From: Myxococcota bacterium
GTDB taxonomy: Bacteria > Myxococcota_A > Polyangia > Polyangiales > Houyiibacteriaceae
Assembly (NCBI GenBank): GCA_020629955.1
Contig: JAHDCI010000005.1
Span: 686 to 64,685, forward strand
Reading direction: 5' to 3'
Length of the DNA: 64,000 nt
Below the pieces are notes generated by a model that made no database searches, was not told where the DNA came from, and saw only the letters and a list, made by a program, of their open reading frames with translations. Below, one piece after another: positions 9,399 to 17,934 of this stretch. The position numbers and the translations under genes were made by a program. Numbering within the stretch: position 1 is the first letter of the stretch; each line of letters opens with the position of its first letter.

Positions 9399-10106
9399 CT
9401 AGCGCCAGCGCGCGGGCTCCGCGGAGGCCCCCACGCCCAGATCGAAATCGAGAGCGAGGCGTACCCCGACGCGCCAGACCGAAGGAAGCGCGCGATCGCC
9501 TACCCCGAGCTGAGCGCGATCGAAACGAGTACGCCGAACAAAGAAACGAAGGTCCAAGCCTGCGAGCGAGCCCTCACGCCTTGACCGAGTCAGCAGGGGC
9601 ACACCGATGCCTACGCCCCACGTAAACGCGGCCGCGACTTCCGCGCCAGCGAACTCATCTGAGGCACCTGCGAGGGGAGCAAACTCAACGCCAAGGTCGA
9701 CCGAGAGCGACTGCAAAAAGAGATCGAGGCGCTCGCGCCCCGTCGACATATCGATCAGAAAGAGCGCCGGCCAGAGCGGTCGAAGTTCAACTCCCACTGC
9801 GAGAGAAACCCCGCGGCTGCCAAACGCTCCGGCCAAGAACGGGCCGCCCGCGTTCAGGATCCGTAGCCGGAGCTCCGCCCCCGCTTCGAAGGAACCCGAG
9901 TCGAGCACGTTCGCACCCGCTTCGATTCCAAGCGTCGCATCGGCATCGAAGCGGCGATAAGCCCCGTCTCCACGCTGCGCGGAGGCTGCACTAAAGGTCC
10001 CGAGCAGAAAGCACAACACGAGAAAAACGCGTCCCACTTTCTCCAAGACCCAAATGAGTCTTGGCCGGGACGCGTCTTTATCGCGGCGCTGCTGGGTGTG
10101 GCTCAC
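9399..10106 (-). CDS. Exported hypothetical protein (beta-barrel-like); start uncertain
   Basis: Signal-like LVLCFLLGTFSAASA-Q; amphipathic strands. Confidence 0.6.
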   Translation of the reverse strand: MSHTQQRRDKDASRPRLIWVLEKVGRVFLVLCFLLGTFSAASAQRGDGAYRRFDADATLGIEAGANVLDSGSFEAGAELRLRILNAGGPFLAGAFGSRGVSLAVGVELRPLWPALFLIDMSTGRERLDLFLQSLSVDLGVEFAPLAGASDEFAGAEVAAAFTWGVGIGVPLLTRSRREGSLAGLDLRFFVRRTRFDRAQLGVGDRALPSVWRVGVRLALDFDLGVGASAEPARWR

Positions 10107-10121
10107 GCCAGATGTTGTGCT

Positions 10122-11168
10122 TCAGCGAGCCGCGGAGGCAAGCCGTTCTTGCGCGATCATGTCCGCAATAAGATGCGTTGGCTGCATCGCGCCCTTCGCC
10201 CGATCCGCAATCTCCCAAAGGATATCGTAGATGCCCATGACCCGCTCCGTGACCGCATCCGCATCGTAGCCGGCAACTTCAGCGGCGACGTTCATCAGGC
10301 CGCCAGCGTTGATCGCATAGTCCGGTCCGTAAAGGATGCCACGCTGGTAGAGATCATCGCCGTGCTTCGGCTGCGCGAGCTGGTTGTTCGCGGCGCCCGC
10401 GACAATGCTGCAGTTAAGTGCGGGAATGGTCTCGTCGTTGAGTGCGCTACCGAGAGCACAAGGAGCGAAGACATCGCACTCGGTCGCGAAGATGCTCGCG
10501 AGGTCGCCGACTTCCGCTCCGAACTCACGCTGCGCGCGCTCCGCTTTTAAGGGATCGATATCCGCAACGACGAGATTCGCCCCAAGCGCGTGAAGCTCTT
10601 TGCAGAGGTGATACCCCACATGCCCGACACCTTGAACAGCAACACGAAGACCCTCGAGGTCGTCACGTCCGAGCTTAAACTTCACAAGCGCTTCGATGCC
10701 GCGACGGACTCCAAGCGCAGTGAAGGGACTCGGATCTCCGCTGCCGCCGTTCTCCTTCTTCACGCCGGTCACGTTCTTCGTAACGCTGCGGATGATCTCC
10801 ATGTCCTCCACCGAGGTGCCCGAATCTTCCGCGGTGATGTAGTGACCACCAAGGTCCTCCAGGAACTGGCCGAACGCCCGAAAGAGCGCTGCGCGATCAA
10901 ATGCTCCCTCAGGCCGCATGATCACGGACTTGCCGCCCCCGTGCGGGATTCCGCTTATCGCCGCTTTGTAGGTCATGCCGCGGGCGAGTCGCATCGCATC
11001 GGTGATGGCAGCTTCTTCGGTGTCGTAGGGAATACAGCGACAGCCGCCGAGTGCCGGACCAAGACGCGCGTCATGAACGGCGACGATGGCACGCAGCCCG
11101 GTAGCGGCATCGCGGCGCAAGTGAAGTTCGCCGTAGTCATAGGCTTCCATGGCTTCAAAAATCTGCAT
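10122..11168 (-). CDS. ldh: Leucine dehydrogenase (Glu/Leu/Phe/Val dehydrogenase family)
   Basis: GPALGGCR, LARGMTYK, GGGK, ITAEDSGT, GVGHVG, AGAANNQL and INAGG motifs; AAGGAG RBS before ATG 11168. Confidence 0.92.
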   Translation of the reverse strand: MQIFEAMEAYDYGELHLRRDAATGLRAIVAVHDARLGPALGGCRCIPYDTEEAAITDAMRLARGMTYKAAISGIPHGGGKSVIMRPEGAFDRAALFRAFGQFLEDLGGHYITAEDSGTSVEDMEIIRSVTKNVTGVKKENGGSGDPSPFTALGVRRGIEALVKFKLGRDDLEGLRVAVQGVGHVGYHLCKELHALGANLVVADIDPLKAERAQREFGAEVGDLASIFATECDVFAPCALGSALNDETIPALNCSIVAGAANNQLAQPKHGDDLYQRGILYGPDYAINAGGLMNVAAEVAGYDADAVTERVMGIYDILWEIADRAKGAMQPTHLIADMIAQERLASAAR

Positions 11169-11497
11169 CGGATTCTCCTTGCGGCCGAGCCTAGAGCGGG
11201 AATTTCGGGTTGAAAAGGAAAGAAAACGCGAATCTCGCTCATGTTGCAAGACCGTCGTTTTGACGAACAAATTCAAACCCTTACAAAAGCACCAACGTGC
11301 CGCATCGCGTCAAAAGCCATCGGTGGCGGCACGCTGTCCGCGCGCGGATTCTTCATTTCACCCGATTCTTATCCTCATCTTCCGGCCTCTCGGGATGTCG
11401 TGGAATGGACCGATCGATGACGAGGCTCATATTTGCAAGCTTCGTTTTCGCATTTTGAAAATACCGAAACATCAATTGCGACCTATAGTTTAATCCG

Positions 11498-12151
11498 ATG
11501 CACTCAAAAATCGTCGGAGCCACCATCGCCATGCAGATTCTCGCCGGATGCGCGAGCATGAACCCTGCTGCACCGCACGTTGAAGGACTCTCCGAGTCGG
11601 ATTGGCGAGAAGAGCGCCGCTTGCTGTGGGCATCGTTGCGAGGCAGTGAATCCCGGAACACACGGATGAGCCCTTGGTTCTTCCCGAACGCACAGCGGGT
11701 GATTCGCACTCCATCCAACGCCGACCTCGAAGCGCACGCGCGGCTCTACATTCGCGAAGAACACTACGGAAAGGTGCAATGCAACGTATCAGGTCAGGGT
11801 TCGGTGTTCGAATGCACGCTCGCGGACGGCCCCTTTATTCGATTCGAAGAGCGATGCGAGCATGCGAACGTGGAGTTCTGGGCCAGTCGTTACCGGGTTG
11901 AGCCCTGGCGCGTCGACAACACGAACGTCGGGTATCTGATTTTTGACCAAGACGGATCGCCGCTCGCCGCGCTGGACCTCGACCACAACTGGCGCTTTCG
12001 CGCACACCTTCGAAACCCGCTCGCGGAAAACGATCAAATCGCTGTCGAAAGCCTCGCGCACGTGCTCGCGATGGTTTGGGAAATTGACGAGAACGTTTGG
12101 GAACCCATCTGCGCAGGCTCCATCAACGGTCGCCGCTATCCCCGATTGTGA
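11498..12151 (+). CDS. Hypothetical lipoprotein
   Basis: Lipobox LAGC; 217-aa ORF. Confidence 0.65.
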   Translation: MHSKIVGATIAMQILAGCASMNPAAPHVEGLSESDWREERRLLWASLRGSESRNTRMSPWFFPNAQRVIRTPSNADLEAHARLYIREEHYGKVQCNVSGQGSVFECTLADGPFIRFEERCEHANVEFWASRYRVEPWRVDNTNVGYLIFDQDGSPLAALDLDHNWRFRAHLRNPLAENDQIAVESLAHVLAMVWEIDENVWEPICAGSINGRRYPRL

Positions 12152-12159
12152 AGCCGGTC

Positions 12160-12319
12160 TAGGGCCTTCCTATATTCTGGGTTGCCAGAACGTGGAGGAT
12201 TGGATTTAGAGAGCTTTGAGAAGTGAGGAGGAAGAGTGGTGCTCTTTCGACGAGCCTCGGAAAGCTCTGTGATTTCAGGGGCTGCGCTATGGCGGCCCAG
12301 AATTGGGGGACAGGCCCTA
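12160..12319. mobile_element. 160-bp TA-bounded MITE-like element (family A, full copy)
   Basis: Ends TAGGGCCT...ATTCTGGG / CCCAGAAT...AGGCCCTA; nested inverted pair AGAGCTTT/AAAGCTCT; homologous to 22241-22320. Confidence 0.7.
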
Positions 12320-12321
12320 AA

Positions 12322-12636
12322 TCAATCAACGCCGAAATCTCGACGAAACTCGAGGCACTGACGCGAGCCGCGTTCGAACTCGCGGCATGTCGTTCCGCGA
12401 ATCTCATAAATCTGGCAGGCATGTTCACTCACACTCGTGCCGAGATGTACGCATGCGCCAGTATCATTCGTCGCGAACGCGACCAGACCGAAGTGTCCGG
12501 GTTGAACCTTCTCGACCAGATCCGGGCGGCCCGCTTCTCTCCAGCGAACCAAATCTTCTGGCGGGATCAATATGCGACCGTCATGCCCAGTCCGGCAGCA
12601 CGCTCCGCACGTGAGACAGTCGAGTTCTTCGCTCAT
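12322..12636 (-). CDS. YkgJ family cysteine-cluster protein
   Basis: CLTCGACC, CVHL, CQIYEIRGTTCREF; start overlaps the stop of the upstream gene. Confidence 0.85.
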   Translation of the reverse strand: MSEELDCLTCGACCRTGHDGRILIPPEDLVRWREAGRPDLVEKVQPGHFGLVAFATNDTGACVHLGTSVSEHACQIYEIRGTTCREFERGSRQCLEFRRDFGVD

Positions 12637-13262
12637 CAAGCAGGAGATTGTTCGCGGCGCGCGCGGAGCCGAAGTGCGAGCCCCGCGGCGAAGAGAACCC
12701 CGGCGAAGAGATAGACCGCCCACCACCACGGCAAATCGACACCGAGTTGCCAGCGAGCGAAGATGGCGCCCGCGCCAAGCACGAAGAGCCCAGCAATACC
12801 GACGTGGACCAAACCGTGGGTTGCCCATGCACGCGAAATCGCTCGGAGCGCGCCAAGCGCCATCGCAGCGAACCAGAGCGGCTGCTGGGCGTTTGAGAAA
12901 ATCAATCCCGCGCCAAAGAGTAACCACATGCCGATGGTGACGGGCATCTGCAATCGATCGAAGAAGCCGCCGCCTCCTCCGCCGCCACGTGGTGGCTGGC
13001 CATCGCCGAAGCGCGTTTCGAGATATCGCATGATGTCCCGGCTTTCGGGCATCCACTCATCCTTGCCCTCTTCCTCGATGCGAAGGACAGGCACGGTGTG
13101 TCGTCCTCTTGCCGCGAAGAGCGCCTCACCGTGCTCACTCTGGTTCGCGTCCCGTAGTTCGATCTGGTCCTCGATACCAAGCCGCGCGATCGTTCGACGA
13201 ACCATCGTGCAGTAGCCGCAGAGCGGCGTGTAGTAGAGCGAGAACTTGGTGTCTTCCTGCAT
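12636..13262 (-). CDS. Glutaredoxin-like domain fused to a C-terminal membrane domain
   Basis: CGYC, TVPVL, ESRDIMRYL; Gly linker followed by 3-4 hydrophobic helices. Confidence 0.8.
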   Translation of the reverse strand: MQEDTKFSLYYTPLCGYCTMVRRTIARLGIEDQIELRDANQSEHGEALFAARGRHTVPVLRIEEEGKDEWMPESRDIMRYLETRFGDGQPPRGGGGGGGFFDRLQMPVTIGMWLLFGAGLIFSNAQQPLWFAAMALGALRAISRAWATHGLVHVGIAGLFVLGAGAIFARWQLGVDLPWWWAVYLFAGVLFAAGLALRLRARREQSPA

Positions 13263-13273
13263 CTTTTGCGTCC

Positions 13274-14605
13274 TTACTCTGCGCTCTGAAGCATCTCGAG
13301 AAATGCGTCTGCGGAGACCGGCCCCGTGACGCGATGGGCAACTTCCCCGCTCTCGTGGTGGATCGCCACAAAGGGAAGTCCGAGTTGTTCGTAATCGTCG
13401 CGCAAGATGGCCCAGCGATCTTGCTCATTCTCCGAGAGGTCGATGCGCACGGGGATAAAGCGCTGGGCTTCCGCGACGACGCGCGGATCGCTCATCGCTT
13501 CATGCTCAAGTTCGTTGCAGGCGAGGCACCAGTCGGCGCCGAAGTCCACGAGAAGTGGCTTTCCTTCACTCTCGGCGCGCGCTCTCGCTGCCGCGTAATC
13601 CGTCTGCCACTCGATATGAGCGCCCGCCGGGAGAGCCGAAAGCCAGAAGATCAGCCCGAGCGCGCCGGCGGTGCTCATCGCAACGCCGAGCCCCTTTCGA
13701 ACCTTCTCCGAGGTGGGACTGTACTTAAACGAAAGGTGAATCGCGCCAACCGCAAGACCGCCGATAAAGAGCGCGAGAGGAATCGCCCACCAAAGGGTCG
13801 TTCGTACTTCAGGGCGAGGCAGCGGGAGGAAACTTCGAACGTAGTAAATCGCGAGTACGAGCATCACGATTCCAAAGACACTTTTGACCCAATCGAGCCA
13901 CTTCCCCGACTTCGGCAAGCTGACGGCGAAGGTCCCGACGACAAAGAAGAGAACTCCGAGACCGAGGGAGTAGACGAAGAGTGAGAGTGCTCCGAAGCCA
14001 GCGTCCTGCGTCGAAGCGACGTAGCCGAGGAGAACCGCCAGAACCGGACCAGTGCATGGCGCGGCGATGATGCCGTTCACGAAGCCGATGAGGAACGCGC
14101 CCTTGTAGCCAGAGCCGCCTACCTTGGCGAGCTTGTTCTGCAGGCTCGACGGCAGGTTCATATCCCACAGGCCAAACATGGAGAGCGCCATCGCCACAAA
14201 GAGCAACGAGAGGCCAGCCATCACCCAGACGTTGCCGTTGAGCGCGCCCATTCCCGCTCCCGTCATCGCGCTGATCACGCCGAGCGGTGTGAAGAGTGCG
14301 GCAATTCCGAGAACGAACGCCAGCGAGAGCATCGCCCCTTCAAAGCGCGACTTCGCCTCTCGCGCACCGAAGACGCTCACCGTGATCGCGATCATCGGAT
14401 AAACGCATGGCGTCAGGGCAGTCGCGAGCCCCGCGCCGAAAACAATGAGCAATGCGAATCCGTAGCTCCCGGATTCGAGCGCCCCCGAAAATTCGCCTGC
14501 GAGGTCTCCGAGAACGTCGGCTCGAGCCAGCGTCGGCACAGAGAACGAAGCAAAGATGGCCGCTCCGAGGAGAGCGAGGAAACGCTGTGTAGATGAGTGC
14601 TTCAC
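13274..14605 (-). CDS. dsbD: DsbD/CcdA-type thiol:disulfide interchange protein with C-terminal thioredoxin
   Basis: TPCVYPM and APCTGP membrane Cys motifs; VDFGADWCLAC. Confidence 0.85.
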   Translation of the reverse strand: MKHSSTQRFLALLGAAIFASFSVPTLARADVLGDLAGEFSGALESGSYGFALLIVFGAGLATALTPCVYPMIAITVSVFGAREAKSRFEGAMLSLAFVLGIAALFTPLGVISAMTGAGMGALNGNVWVMAGLSLLFVAMALSMFGLWDMNLPSSLQNKLAKVGGSGYKGAFLIGFVNGIIAAPCTGPVLAVLLGYVASTQDAGFGALSLFVYSLGLGVLFFVVGTFAVSLPKSGKWLDWVKSVFGIVMLVLAIYYVRSFLPLPRPEVRTTLWWAIPLALFIGGLAVGAIHLSFKYSPTSEKVRKGLGVAMSTAGALGLIFWLSALPAGAHIEWQTDYAAARARAESEGKPLLVDFGADWCLACNELEHEAMSDPRVVAEAQRFIPVRIDLSENEQDRWAILRDDYEQLGLPFVAIHHESGEVAHRVTGPVSADAFLEMLQSAE

Positions 14606-14773
14606 GTGTACGTCCTAGCGGGTGCGGGGCTGGGAATCAATCGACAGGGCTTCACGGAGAATCTGCTGAGGCGCCCAAACCGTCATGCCGCGCCACCAAG
14701 TTCGGCGCCGCTATCTGTCCATAGTCCCGAGGAAGCGACTCGTTACAGGCACACCAATTTCTCAAAGCCGCTC

Positions 14774-14801
14774 TTGACACACATGATAGCTGCACTACTT
14801 T
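14774..14801 (+). promoter_or_regulatory. Sigma70-type promoter for the TetR-P450 pair (likely leaderless)
   Basis: TTGACA-16 bp-TACTTT, ending 7 nt before ATG 14809; no Shine-Dalgarno sequence. Confidence 0.5.
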
Positions 14802-14808
14802 TTGTTTC

Positions 14809-15561
14809 ATGGCCAATATCACGAGCGCGTCGGCAGAGACGGAAATCGATCGCATCCTTCGAGTCGCCGAAGCGTTTTCAGCATCGGGCGAGAGGTGGTC
14901 GATGGCGCAACTTGCGAGGGAAGCGGAAGTCTCACGCGCTACCCTCTACCGGCGGTTCGCCAGCCGCGTTCTTGTCGAACAAGCGCTCCGAGAGCGCGGA
15001 GAAAAATCTTCGCTCCGTTTTGGCAGCGTCGAAGACCGAACCCTCGACGCGGTGGCACATTTTGCAGAAGCTGGAACGCTCTCTCAGATCTCGCTCGAAG
15101 AGATCGCACAGGAAGCCCAGGTCGGGATCGCGTCGATCTACCGGCTCTTCAAGAACCGGGAAGGACTGCTAGGCGCCTTCGCGCAGAAACGAAGCCCTCA
15201 GTCGATTCTGGAGCGCGGCTTCGCTTCGGAGACAAGCCTTGCGGACATTCTCGAGGAGATCGCGATGGCGCTCGCTCAGCAGCTCTACATTCAACCGCCC
15301 GAACTCCAACGAAGGCGCGCGGGGGACTTCGCAAGAGTCGAACAAGCAGGACGGGAGAAGCTCGTTGCATTCTTCGACTTGCGCGTGCGCGGGGGCGAGC
15401 TTCACGGCGTGCCGGAATCCCTCGCAAGAAACTTTCTCGCGCTCATGGCGGGACACGGAATGCTCGCGCGCGTCGAAGGCCGGCCGCCTCGAACGGAGGA
15501 TGTCCATTCCGCCGTTCGACTCTTTCTTCGGGCAGCAGCCAACAAGGCGAGCCAAACATGA
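14809..15561 (+). CDS. TetR/AcrR-family regulator with two HTH motifs
   Basis: SMAQLAREAEVSRATLYRRF and SLEEIAQEAQVGIASIYRLFKNREGL. Confidence 0.85.
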   Translation: MANITSASAETEIDRILRVAEAFSASGERWSMAQLAREAEVSRATLYRRFASRVLVEQALRERGEKSSLRFGSVEDRTLDAVAHFAEAGTLSQISLEEIAQEAQVGIASIYRLFKNREGLLGAFAQKRSPQSILERGFASETSLADILEEIAMALAQQLYIQPPELQRRRAGDFARVEQAGREKLVAFFDLRVRGGELHGVPESLARNFLALMAGHGMLARVEGRPPRTEDVHSAVRLFLRAAANKASQT

Positions 15562-16778
15562 CGGTGCGATACGATCTTAGCTCGAAGGAGCTGCACAACA
15601 ACGCACACGAGATCTTTCGAAAACTGCGCACCGAGGATCCGGTTCATCGCGGCATCTTCATGCGGCGCGATGTCTATTTCGTCACGCGCTACGACGATGT
15701 GAAGGAAGTCCTCCGCTCGCCCGAGCGTTTTGTGAAGGACCCTGCGAACTCGTCGCTCGGAAGTGCGGGGCGACGCGCCTTGCCGATCCCCAAAATGGCG
15801 GAGCCATTGATGAACAGCATGATCACGTCCGACGACCCCGCGCATCGCCGGCTTCGTCGGTTGATCTCCAAAGCCTTCACGCCACGGACAGTGGCCAGTT
15901 TGAAACCGGCGATCGAGACCAAAGCACGGTCCCTCGCGGCAGACCTGGAACGTCTGGAACGCACCGACTTTATCCCCACGTTTGCCCTGCCGCTCCCGGT
16001 GCACATCATCACGGTAATGATGGGAGTGCCCGCAGAGGACATCCCTCGGTTTCAGCGCATCATTCACAATATCGTGCGCAACGCGACACCTTGGAACATG
16101 CCGCGCATCATGATGGGGCTTTGGTCCTATCGCCGATACATCGACCGGCTATGTGCAACGAAACGAGAATCTCCGGGCGAAGATCTCCTTTCGGCGCTCG
16201 TCCTCGCGGAGGACGAGGGAGAGCGGCTGAGCTCTGCGGAGGCAGTCGCAATGAGCTTTTTGTTGCTCTCCGCCGGTCACGAAACGACGGTCAGCCTGAT
16301 CGCCAATGGTGTTCTCACCCTGGCCTCAGAGCCCGGTGCGTGGCGACACCTTCAACAAGACCCCGAGCTTCTTCCAAGCGCAATCGAAGAGGTTCTGCGA
16401 TTCGAGAGCCCAACGCTTGGCACTGAGTTCTATTACGCCCGCGACGACATCGAGATGCGCGGAACACGGATTCCGGCGGGAGCCGCGATCATGCCGATGG
16501 TGATCTCGGCGAATCGTGATGAGCGAGCATTCGACGCCCCCGATACGCTACGCCTCGATCGCTCTCCGAACCGGCACATGGCCTTTGGCACTGGTCTTCA
16601 CGCGTGCGTCGGCGCGTCGCTCTCGCGACTCGAGGCGAAGGTCGCATTCACGGAGCTGCTTACTCGATTCGATGCTCCGCAGCTCCTTGAGGAGCGCGCA
16701 TCCCTTCGCTTTCAAAACGCGCTCTTTCTACACCGACTCAAACGACTTCCCCTCCGGTTTCGGCCACTTCGAAAGTGA
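15558..16778 (+). CDS. Cytochrome P450
   Basis: AGHETT (I helix), EEVLR (ExxR), FGTGLHACVG heme motif; ATGA overlap with the TetR gene. Confidence 0.95.
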   Translation: MTVRYDLSSKELHNNAHEIFRKLRTEDPVHRGIFMRRDVYFVTRYDDVKEVLRSPERFVKDPANSSLGSAGRRALPIPKMAEPLMNSMITSDDPAHRRLRRLISKAFTPRTVASLKPAIETKARSLAADLERLERTDFIPTFALPLPVHIITVMMGVPAEDIPRFQRIIHNIVRNATPWNMPRIMMGLWSYRRYIDRLCATKRESPGEDLLSALVLAEDEGERLSSAEAVAMSFLLLSAGHETTVSLIANGVLTLASEPGAWRHLQQDPELLPSAIEEVLRFESPTLGTEFYYARDDIEMRGTRIPAGAAIMPMVISANRDERAFDAPDTLRLDRSPNRHMAFGTGLHACVGASLSRLEAKVAFTELLTRFDAPQLLEERASLRFQNALFLHRLKRLPLRFRPLRK

Positions 16779-16806
16779 CCGAAACCGCGCCTGCCGGTGG
16801 GTCGAT

Positions 16807-17109
16807 TTATCGACCTTCGCAAGCGCGAAGCTCGTCCATCGTTGCGGCATCCCGGGTGCATTTTAGGCGCTGCACCCAGGGCAAGAGCCCGTATTGCGGG
16901 CGGGTCGTCGCGCCTTGCACGCACTCTGCGTGAAGCGTCGCAGGGAGCGTGGAGACATCAACGCCTGCTTCCTGCGCCGTCAAACGGGCCACGTTATCGC
17001 AGACCTCCTCCGCGTCAGGCGGCACCATCCAGCCGAAATAAAACACCGCTCCTGCAATCCCCAAAATCGCGACGAGCGCGCCACAACCGATTCCAACCTT
17101 CTTCAACAT
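16807..17109 (-). CDS. Small membrane-anchored Cys-containing protein
   Basis: N-terminal TM helix, four extracytoplasmic Cys, GGAGG RBS. Confidence 0.6.
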   Translation of the reverse strand: MLKKVGIGCGALVAILGIAGAVFYFGWMVPPDAEEVCDNVARLTAQEAGVDVSTLPATLHAECVQGATTRPQYGLLPWVQRLKCTRDAATMDELRACEGR

Positions 17110-17265
17110 CGTTCCCTCCTTGGGTAGTTGTGAAGGCTTACGGCGCGCAGAATCGCAGTCTTCCCCAAAAAACTGATGTGAACGTCATTTTCTTTGCGAA
17201 CGTGTTTTGCCCCCAAAAAAAGGGCGACCCGAGGAGGGCCGCCCGCTGCGCGAATCGAGGCGTTC

Positions 17266-17838
17266 TTAGGCCCCGGCGCGAATATCCACGGTGAGCCGGA
17301 TCTGATTGTTCACCTTCAGCTCGACCGCGGGGTTGATTTCAATTCCGTAGTCGCTGAGGCGGAGCTGGAGCTGCGCTCGGGCTCGGATCGTCCCATCGTC
17401 GTTAAGCCGAACCCGAAGATTGGCAGTGACGTCACGCGTCTGACCGCGAATCGTCATTCTCCCGGTGATGCGGAGGCGGGTATCTTCGCCAACGGTCAAG
17501 GACGAAGCGCCGGAGACCCCCGTGATTTCGAGCGTCGCAGTCGGATGCGCGGAAGCGTTAAGCCAGTCGGAGCCGCGAAGGTGTTCATCGCGGAGATCGA
17601 TTCCGGTCCGGAAGCTATTGGTTTGTACCGTGATCGTGCCGGAGATGCTGGAGAGATTGTTCGGGTCGATCCGGAACGAGCCGCTGACCGCCGAACTCAT
17701 CCCATTGATGGTCTCGAGCTGCGCGACAGAGCGGAAGGTCGCCCTACCCCGGGTCACGTTGTACTCGCTCTGGGCAAAGGCGCCGTTGGCCAACATGAGT
17801 GAAACGAAAAGAGTGGGTGCGAACAGGGACTTCATCAT
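17266..17838 (-). CDS. yceI: YceI family protein
   Basis: Signal peptide; TGIDLRDEHLRGSDWL, GRMTIRGQT and SDYGI motifs. Confidence 0.88.
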   Translation of the reverse strand: MMKSLFAPTLFVSLMLANGAFAQSEYNVTRGRATFRSVAQLETINGMSSAVSGSFRIDPNNLSSISGTITVQTNSFRTGIDLRDEHLRGSDWLNASAHPTATLEITGVSGASSLTVGEDTRLRITGRMTIRGQTRDVTANLRVRLNDDGTIRARAQLQLRLSDYGIEINPAVELKVNNQIRLTVDIRAGA

Positions 17839-17934
17839 GGGTATATTCCTTAAACGAGCCGGAGCCCGCAACATTCACTGGAGGCGAAAGAAAAGCGAGA
17901 CCAGAACATCGCGCCGTTTGTAAGCGAAAGTGTC

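Noticed and set aside
12637-13056. N-terminal extension of the YkgJ ORF (244 aa in the track)
   Set aside because: It overlaps the glutaredoxin gene in another frame; the domain begins at ATG 12636.
14802-15557. 658-aa P450 with a long N-terminal extension
   Set aside because: The extension is an Arg-rich alternate frame over the TetR gene; the real start is ATG 15558.
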